From a bacterium (GTDB lineage: Bacteria > JAAXHH01): 64,000 nt of DNA. Location of the stretch: the NCBI GenBank assembly GCA_963693015.1, contig OY843748.1, positions 3,651,059 to 3,715,058 of the forward strand, given 5' to 3'. The translations under genes and the position numbers were made by a program. Positions 58,149-64,000 of this stretch are shown in pieces (position 1 is the first letter of the stretch; each line of letters starts with the position of its first letter). The notes under the pieces were generated by a model. It was given only the letters and a program-made list of their open reading frames with translations, was not told the origin of the DNA and did not search any database.

Positions 58149-59267
58149 ATGAATATCGACGAAGCCGTTCTGCTTACCCAGGATCGTCTCGCCGAAGAGG
58201 GCGGCACGCTGGCGGAATTGCTCGGGCGCTTCAGGAGCCGGGTTTCACCGAGCCTTATCGGGGAGCGGGAATGGACGCTCATACTGGAACGCGCAAAGCA
58301 ACTCCCCATCTCCATGGGCGCCCAGCCCTTCGGCTTTGAATTGCCGCTCCATGACAGCCGGCCCGTGGCGGATTTCGGCGTCTCGCTGGCGAGCGGGAAC
58401 CGGTCAGGCAATTTCTATGAAGCGCGGGCGCGAACGGACGAGACGGACGAGACCGCAAGTGCGGTCGGTCGGCTGTTCGCGGAAATGGAAGCCCGGGACT
58501 CGCCGCTGCGGGAGATCGTGGGACGCAAGCTGATGCTGGAGTATGACATCGGCTCGGCGCACGGGAACAAGGCGTCGCTGCCTGGGTTGTTCCTGCGGCC
58601 CAACGAACGCACCTTGTCCGGTGGCGGAGGCCTTGCGCGTGACGTCGGGATCGTGGTTGACGCCCTGGTTTCCAGCGTCGGCTGGGAAAGGATCGACGCC
58701 GAACGGAAAAACGTCGAGCGGGTCTACCTGGCGCAGCCCGACGACACGCGCATGGATTCCTTCGGCGTATTCCCGTCCCGGGAACGAACGATCCGCCTGG
58801 CGGTCATGGGCTTCAACGGACAGGAGGCCCTCTGTTCTTATCTGGAAGCCACCGACTGGCCGGGGCGTATTTCGGCTGTCGAGTCCGTGATTTCACGCTT
58901 GAAGGAACGGGCGGATATCGTGAGTACGGGTGTGAATATCGACGTGCGGGCAGACGGACTGGGGCCGACGCTCGGCCTTACGCCCATCGTCAAGCAGAGA
59001 TATACGAATGACAGCCGCTACTGGATCGACGGCCAGACCGATTGGGAGCCTATCCTCGAAGCCCTGAGGTATGAGGACTGCGTCGTACCGGAGAAGCTTG
59101 CGGCGCTCGGCGACTGGGCGTCGAAACCGACCACGCTGTTTGGCCGTACCGGCCCCTTCGTCATGTTACGCGGCATACATCACGTAAAGCTGGTCATATC
59201 CGGAAACAGACTGGAGAAGGTCAAGGCCTATCTCTACATGGTGCTTTCCGGAGCGCTCTCGATTTAA
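58149..59267 (+). CDS. hypothetical protein (372 aa), last gene of the RiPP-like operon
   Basis: Protein-like composition, 10-bp gap to the YcaO gene. No motif recognised by eye. Confidence 0.5.
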   Translation: MNIDEAVLLTQDRLAEEGGTLAELLGRFRSRVSPSLIGEREWTLILERAKQLPISMGAQPFGFELPLHDSRPVADFGVSLASGNRSGNFYEARARTDETDETASAVGRLFAEMEARDSPLREIVGRKLMLEYDIGSAHGNKASLPGLFLRPNERTLSGGGGLARDVGIVVDALVSSVGWERIDAERKNVERVYLAQPDDTRMDSFGVFPSRERTIRLAVMGFNGQEALCSYLEATDWPGRISAVESVISRLKERADIVSTGVNIDVRADGLGPTLGLTPIVKQRYTNDSRYWIDGQTDWEPILEALRYEDCVVPEKLAALGDWASKPTTLFGRTGPFVMLRGIHHVKLVISGNRLEKVKAYLYMVLSGALSI

Positions 59268-59298
59268 GCGCTTCAAGCGCAACTTCGGGAACCCGACG

Positions 59299-59337
59299 CA
59301 AAAATCCCCCCGACCAGGTTGATCGGAGGGATTTTTT
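59299..59337. terminator. bidirectional Rho-independent terminator (GC stem flanked by A-tract and T-tract)
   Basis: gcaaaaatcccccc-gaccaggttgatc-ggagggatttttt. It lies between the convergent genes ending at 59267 (+) and 59393 (-). Confidence 0.6.
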
Positions 59338-59392
59338 GACCTGCTCAATCATGCGAACGCCGGGCGTCCGCATGCGAACCGGTGTCTCTGGC

Positions 59393-59644
59393 CTACCAGC
59401 AGCAGCAAAGGCCGGCAGAAACGGCTTCGAGTTGCTCCTCGGTGATATTCGGATCCGGGGGCAACGCGATGTGCACCGTCTGCATATCGCTTTCGTGGAC
59501 CTGGATCGTCATCGATTCAGGCATCGTAATGTCCAACTCCTCGCAAATGACCGACTTCGGATCTGCGATCAATTTCTGCCTGAAATCTGCGTCCAGGGCG
59601 GACTTGTCCACAATCTGCTTCAGCATTTCGTCGCCACTTCTCAT
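59393..59644 (-). CDS. NHLP (nitrile-hydratase leader peptide) family RiPP precursor; predicted core LCCCW
   Basis: MRSGDEMLKQIVDKSALDADFRQKLIADPKSVICEELDITMPESMTIQVHESDMQTVHIALPPDPNITEEQLEAVSAG-LCCCW. The leader matches the NHLP consensus (DxxFRxxLxxDPxxxxxEELxxxxPExxxIxVHExxxxxxHIxLPP ... LExVxAG). Strong RBS AGGGAGG 6 nt upstream, and ATG start. Confidence 0.8.
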   Translation of the reverse strand: MRSGDEMLKQIVDKSALDADFRQKLIADPKSVICEELDITMPESMTIQVHESDMQTVHIALPPDPNITEEQLEAVSAGLCCCW

Positions 59645-59672
59645 GATTCAACCTCCCTTGTCTGGCAACATG

Positions 59673-59690
59673 GCCAAGGCAGCCCTTGGC
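59673..59690. promoter_or_regulatory. inverted repeat GCCAAGG-CAGC-CCTTGGC upstream of the precursor gene
   Basis: Perfect 7-bp arms with a 4-bp spacer, about 30 nt upstream of the precursor start on the minus strand. Candidate operator. Confidence 0.3.
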
Positions 59691-59743
59691 AACAATGACA
59701 AAATAGTACTTAATCAATATATGTCATTTTCGCCGAAAAGTCA

Positions 59744-60400
59744 AGGGATTTAGAGTGATATGCGTATCACGGCCGGTCCTGTTGTCGACGTGGCGCGGCT
59801 TCGACAGTCGTCCCATTCACCCTGTTGAAGGGCGTTCCCGGTTCTTCTTCTTCCTCGACGCGTGGATGACCGAGGCATCCACTACCCTGCCTTTGCGCAC
59901 CGCCAGCCCCGCCTCGGACAGATAGCGCTTCGTCTGCCGGGACAACGCCTGGGCCAGCCCGTGCGCTTCCAGTAAATGGCGGAACTTGCAGATCGTCGTC
60001 TCATCGGGAACGCCGTCTACGTCCACGCCCGCGAAGCGGCGCATCAATTCCACGTCGTAGAGATTGTCCTCCATGGTCGGGTCGCTCAGGCCGTACCATT
60101 GCTGCATGAAGTAGATACGGAGCATCACCTCGGCGCCAATGGGACGCCTGCCGTTGCCGGGCTTCGGATAGTGCTCCAGGATGGGGGCAAGCAGCAGATC
60201 CCAGGGCAATACCGCGTTCATTTCTCCCAGAAAGAGTTCCTTGCGCGTTTTCTTCCCGCGTATGCTCTTCTGATCGGAGGCTATACCGAAAAACTCGTTG
60301 GGTTTCATGACTGAATACGTGACTCAGGATGGTCCGTCGCTCGGGTTGCGTTTACGTCTGCGTTTGTATCGTACGTAAATATAAAGGATTTAGTGTGATC
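59744..60400. mobile_element. IS5-family insertion-sequence remnant flanked by 17-bp imperfect direct repeats
   Basis: agggatttagagtgata (59744-59760) and aaggatttagtgtgatc (60384-60400) bracket a truncated IS5 transposase ORF. Confidence 0.5.
59817..60308 (-). pseudogene. IS5-family transposase, N-terminal 163-aa fragment (DDE domain missing)
   Basis: LPWDLLLAPILEHYPKPGNGRRPIGAEVMLRIYFMQQWYGLSDPTMEDNLYD...TTICKFRHLLEAHGLAQAL closely parallels the IS5 Tnp N-terminus. The ORF stops where the catalytic domain should begin. Confidence 0.7.
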
Positions 60401-60569
60401 AATGTGTGAATAATACGGCTTTTAAGAAGAATATTTCGTGAATTTCTGAGGATCAGGCGCGGACTATGTCCCGGAGCGCCGACAGCAGGCACGTAATCCT
60501 GATCGATCTTCCGCCCGCCCTGCCCGGGTCATGTGGCCGATATTGGAAGGGCGATCTTCGAGAAAGGTC

Positions 60570-62021
60570 TTAGCCAGGGGAGCGCCTCCCCGCCCGACTC
60601 GCCACCGCCCCCACGATCACGTTGAGCGCCAGGCCCAGCACGCCGGCGTGCCAGCCCCAGACCTTGCCCATGCCCGCGAGGGTCAGCCCGGCCGCGAGCA
60701 ACGTGCCCGCGGCCATCCCCGCGGCCGCGCCGGTCGCGTCATAGCGTTTCCACAACACGCCGAGGACGAACAGCGGCGCGGTCTGGATCAGCACCTCCAT
60801 CTTGAGCTCTATGAGTCCCCACAGGGTGAGGTCGGGCGTCAACGCAATGGCGACCAGAATGGCCATGATGGCCCAGGACAGGCGCTTCCCCCACGCGGTG
60901 AGCCGCTCTTCCGGGAGCGATCCCATTCGAAATCGGCCCAGAACGTCCTTGACGAGCAGGGAGGAGAGGCTGAGCAGGACGGAATCGGCCGTCGACATGA
61001 TGGCCGCGACGATGCCGGTGAGGACGAGCACGGTCATGACGTACAGCCAGAGGGATTCCGCCGCCCACACCCTAAGCAGGCGGGGCATGACCTGGTCGGT
61101 GTCGACACCCTCGAGGCCCGATAGCTGGGGGATGGCGAGGATCCCGACCAGGACGACCGCCGATATGGTTACGAGGGGCATGAAGGCCATGAAGGTGAAG
61201 GAACGTTTCAGGCTGCGGGCGCTCCGGGCGGCGAATATGCGTTGGATGGCCTGGGGATAGACGGCGGCGGCAAATCCCACGAGCAGGATCGTGCTGATCC
61301 AGGTTCGGATCGTATCGCCTTGCGGGAGCGCGGCTTTCGCGGGCTGATTGACGATGATCCAGGCCGTTGCTTCGCCGAGGCGGTCGCTGCCCGGCACCAC
61401 GGCGGCCAGCATGCCGAGCAGGCCCACGAAAAGCAGCAGGCCCTGGATGCAGTCGGTCCAGGCCACGGCCTGCATGCCGCCGAGGGTCTCGTAGAACAGG
61501 ATGATGACGGCCAGGACCACCACGCCGGCCCAGAAGGGAATGGCCCCGCCGGACAGGCCGGAGACGATATGGCCCACGGCGAGGAGCTGGGCGAGCAGGT
61601 AGTTGGCAATGGCGACCACGAACAGCACGCCGGCGAAGAAGGTCAGCCCCTTCGATCCGAAACGGTGGGTGATCCAGTCGCCGGGCGTCACGAAGCGCCA
61701 TTGGCGGGACAGGCGATACAGCGCCGGCGCGAAGAGAAGGTAAGCCACCACGATGGCCATCATGAAACCGATGCTCATGATCCAGGCGTAGCCCAGCCGG
61801 TAGGCCTCGCCGGGATAGCCGACGAGCGTGTTGCCGCTGTACTGCGTGGCATAGAGGGTGAAGAAGAGGACCGGCGCGCCCAGGTTCTTGCCCGCCAGGT
61901 AGAAGGAGGACATCGAATTGTCCCGCCGGCGGGCGCGGGCCACGTATCCGAGGACGATCATGAAGACGAGGTACGCGGCCAGGAACAGGAGCGCGCCTGG
62001 GCCGTAGGGCTGTTCCGCCAT
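60570..62021 (-). CDS. sodium:solute symporter (SSS) family transporter
   Basis: 13 TM-like segments, with an N-terminal FYLAGKNLG motif (the SSS 'GR/K' region). Confidence 0.85.
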   Translation of the reverse strand: MAEQPYGPGALLFLAAYLVFMIVLGYVARARRRDNSMSSFYLAGKNLGAPVLFFTLYATQYSGNTLVGYPGEAYRLGYAWIMSIGFMMAIVVAYLLFAPALYRLSRQWRFVTPGDWITHRFGSKGLTFFAGVLFVVAIANYLLAQLLAVGHIVSGLSGGAIPFWAGVVVLAVIILFYETLGGMQAVAWTDCIQGLLLFVGLLGMLAAVVPGSDRLGEATAWIIVNQPAKAALPQGDTIRTWISTILLVGFAAAVYPQAIQRIFAARSARSLKRSFTFMAFMPLVTISAVVLVGILAIPQLSGLEGVDTDQVMPRLLRVWAAESLWLYVMTVLVLTGIVAAIMSTADSVLLSLSSLLVKDVLGRFRMGSLPEERLTAWGKRLSWAIMAILVAIALTPDLTLWGLIELKMEVLIQTAPLFVLGVLWKRYDATGAAAGMAAGTLLAAGLTLAGMGKVWGWHAGVLGLALNVIVGAVASRAGRRSPG

Positions 62022-62132
62022 GATATCCTAACCTCCGGGGCCGCGGGTGCTTGTTTCACCTGCGCGGCCTGAGGCGCACGGGGCGGACGCACGAAGGAAG
62101 GCGTCTGGATCGTGACGCAGGGCGCTCATGGG

Positions 62133-62369
62133 CTAATCGTCCTCCCGCCAGAACCTGTGGATTGCGAAGGCGGTGAAGCACGCGATGGCCAGGCAGACGC
62201 CCAGGCAGATCACGACCCAGTAGGGCACGCCGAACCATATGGGGACCGGTTCGATTTCAGGAAGGTACCAGGGAATCGACAGGGCGAACAGGCCCGTGTA
62301 CACGGCCCATATCCACAGGGGGAATCGGCGACCGGAGATTGGAGGGTTCATGAAGGACCCGTTGTTCAT
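62133..62369 (-). CDS. DUF3311-like small membrane protein (accessory subunit commonly preceding SSS transporters)
   Basis: 78 aa, two TM (WIWAVYTGLFALSIPWY ... VVICLGVCLAIACFTAFAI), immediately upstream of the SSS gene. An alternative start is at 62351. Confidence 0.55.
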   Translation of the reverse strand: MNNGSFMNPPISGRRFPLWIWAVYTGLFALSIPWYLPEIEPVPIWFGVPYWVVICLGVCLAIACFTAFAIHRFWREDD

Positions 62370-63214
62370 ACGCGGACGTATTTGTGCACGAGGTTCTCCA
62401 CGCCTACTTCGCCCACGTAGATATCGCCGTGGCGGTCGACCCAGACGCTGTGGGCGCCGTGGGCCTGATCGACCGGCCCGCCCCTGACGACCCACTGGGC
62501 GATGAGTCTTCCGTCCATGTTCATGATGGTGACCCCGCCGCCCTCGCCCAGGAAGACCGTATCCTCGTCGTCTACGAACAGGCCGCAGGGCGCGGGACGG
62601 CCGGGCCATTCCGCGAGGAAGCTGCCCTCCGAATCGAAGACCTGTATCCGGTTGTTGGTCTCCCGGTCCGCCACCAGCAGCCGTCCGTCGGACGTGGAGA
62701 ATATGTTGTGGGGGAGCGTGAACTTCCCGGGCGCGTCGCCCCGGCCGCCCCAGGTATCGACCAGGTCGCCCGAAGGCGTCATCCGGTGCACGTAACACTG
62801 TCCATAACCGTCGGCGACGTACAGATCGCCGGAAGGCCCTTTGACCGCGCGCGTCGGCATGTTGAAGGGTTTGCCCGGCGCTCCGGTCCGGCCAGGCTCA
62901 CCCAGCGTCTGCAGGAGCGCGCCGTTGGTCGAAAACACCCGGACGGTGTGGTCTCTGCAGTCCGGAATGAAGATCCTGTCCTCGCCGTCGATCCATATCT
63001 CGTGGGGCAGGGCCAGTATGTCGTGACCCCATTCGTTCAACAGGTGGCCGTCCCGGTCGTAGACCACCACGGCGGGATTCGGCTCCCGGTCGACGACGTA
63101 CACGCGGTCCTCCGAATCCACGGCCACGGCCGTGGCGATGCCCAGAGTCCGCTCGGAACCCCATCCGAGCACCTTCTCGTAACAGTAGTCTCCTGATCCC
63201 CAGATCATTTGCAC
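62366..63214 (-). CDS. NHL-repeat six-bladed beta-propeller protein (peptidyl-alpha-hydroxyglycine alpha-amidating lyase-like)
   Basis: Repeated ...G.G.G.F..P.G.A.D.DG.lYVAD..N.RiQvF units in 282 aa. Confidence 0.65.
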   Translation of the reverse strand: MQMIWGSGDYCYEKVLGWGSERTLGIATAVAVDSEDRVYVVDREPNPAVVVYDRDGHLLNEWGHDILALPHEIWIDGEDRIFIPDCRDHTVRVFSTNGALLQTLGEPGRTGAPGKPFNMPTRAVKGPSGDLYVADGYGQCYVHRMTPSGDLVDTWGGRGDAPGKFTLPHNIFSTSDGRLLVADRETNNRIQVFDSEGSFLAEWPGRPAPCGLFVDDEDTVFLGEGGGVTIMNMDGRLIAQWVVRGGPVDQAHGAHSVWVDRHGDIYVGEVGVENLVHKYVRV

Positions 63215-63459
63215 GTCCTCTCAGGAAATGAATGCGGGATTATGCGCTGAGTGCCGGCCCCGACCGGCGAATCCCCGGATGGAACCGATAGGTACAAAGG
63301 TTTTGTCGTGTTCATACCCGAAGTATATACTAAATCCGATCCCGCAACACCGGATATTCGCCGTATCATGAACCGGGTTGCCGGTACGGTCCGGCTTCGG
63401 TATCCCTCACGTCAGCATCATTTGTCCGGTTTCAACTTACAGATGACAGGAGCCATCTC

Positions 63460-64000
63460 ATGGGCGTACTCGACAGTTTTTCCCTACAAGGCCGTATCGC
63501 CGTGGTCACGGGCGGCGCGGGTCCGCAGTTCGGCAGCAGCATCTCCGAAGCCCTGGCCGAAGCGGGGGCGACCGTGGTCGTCGCTTCGAGGGACCTCGAC
63601 AACAACCGGCGGTTCGTCGCCGGACTGAACGAACAGGGTCTCGATGCCCACCCCGAAGCACTCGACATCACGGACACCGACTCGATCAATAGCCTGAAAC
63701 GACGCGTCATGGACCGATTCGGCCGCGCGGACGTCCTGGTCAACAGCGCGGTGGTCGGCCGGGGCGGCGGTTTCGACGAGCAGACCCCCGACTACTGGGC
63801 CGCCAGCGCCCAGGGGAACATGGTGGGTCTCTTCGCCCTGTGCAAGGCCTTCGTGCCGGTCATGGCCGGCCAGGGCGGCGGCAGCGTCATCAACATATCC
63901 AGTATCTACGGCGTCGTGGCCAACGACCCGGGCCTGTACGAGGAGACCGGGATGAAGCAGCCCCCGGACTACACTTTCGTCAAGGGCGGCATGATCAATT
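63460..64000 (+). CDS. short-chain dehydrogenase/reductase (SDR), 3' partial
   Basis: TGGAGPQFGSSISEALAEAGATVVVASR (TGxxxGxG Rossmann motif) and NSAVVG. RBS GACAGGAG upstream. Runs off the window end. Confidence 0.8.
   Translation, partial: MGVLDSFSLQGRIAVVTGGAGPQFGSSISEALAEAGATVVVASRDLDNNRRFVAGLNEQGLDAHPEALDITDTDSINSLKRRVMDRFGRADVLVNSAVVGRGGGFDEQTPDYWAASAQGNMVGLFALCKAFVPVMAGQGGGSVINISSIYGVVANDPGLYEETGMKQPPDYTFVKGGMIN

Noticed and set aside
59661-59700. sigma54-like TGGCA / TTGGCA elements (ctggcaacatggccaaggcagcccttggcaacaatg) upstream of the precursor gene.
   Set aside because: The GG...GC spacing is 9 rather than 10, the -12 element is TTGGCA rather than TTGCA, and the best match is on the plus strand, the wrong orientation for the minus-strand precursor. 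I report the palindrome instead.

Overview
This window is a high-GC (about 65-70%) bacterial chromosomal segment, gene-dense on both strands. Manual base counting occasionally disagrees by 1 nt with the ORF track; where they conflict I kept the track's frames.

Positions 1-37650 are metabolic and transport genes:
- A 5'-truncated TauD-family dioxygenase, an MBL hydrolase and an adenosine deaminase.
- A complete Opp/Dpp-type peptide ABC importer on the minus strand (solute-binding protein, two permeases, two ATPases), plus a second family-5 solute-binding protein and a Zn alcohol dehydrogenase.
- A long run of sugar-acid and xenobiotic catabolic genes. It includes three paralogous enolase-superfamily dehydratases, a SelA/DgaE-like PLP enzyme, an MTH1187-family protein, an aldo/keto reductase, a PhyH dioxygenase, a sulfatase, a Gfo/Idh/MocA oxidoreductase and an amidohydrolase-2.
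- A secreted B3-like MBL hydrolase, an orphan heme-copper oxidase subunit-III homologue, a 12-bladed NHL-repeat protein and a MalY-type C-S lyase.
- A lipoprotein that combines collagen-like Gly-X-Y repeats, a trypsin-like protease domain and a poly(Glu-Gly) insert.

Positions 37650-42290 are a clearly lower-GC (about 50%) insertion. It encodes a 1429-aa STAND/NACHT-type NTPase with an N-terminal PD-(D/E)xK-like domain. An AAA_21 ABC-type ATPase and a DUF4276 gene follow immediately. I read this as a candidate anti-phage defence island.

Positions 44436-59644 are, in my reading, the most interesting system. It is a tightly packed nine-gene plus-strand operon with a convergent precursor gene, and it looks like an undescribed RiPP biosynthetic cluster. 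In order it encodes:
- a flavin-dependent Trp-type halogenase
- a short HlyD-like membrane fusion protein
- a C39-peptidase ABC exporter
- a second NHLM-type ABC exporter
- a protein with an NHLP (nitrile-hydratase leader peptide) leader fused to a roughly 350-aa prenyltransferase/terpene-cyclase-like alpha/alpha-toroid domain
- an AlkB-type membrane di-iron hydroxylase fused to a GlnE-like nucleotidyltransferase domain
- a fused RRE/E1-like + YcaO cyclodehydratase
- a 372-aa protein of unknown function
- on the minus strand, an 83-aa NHLP-family precursor ending ...LEAVSAG|LCCCW, i.e. a predicted 5-residue core with three consecutive Cys and a C-terminal Trp

An IS5 transposase remnant bounds the cluster on the right. 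It is followed by a DUF3311/sodium:solute symporter pair, a PAL-like NHL protein and a 3'-truncated SDR.

No rRNA, tRNA or CRISPR array was recognised.
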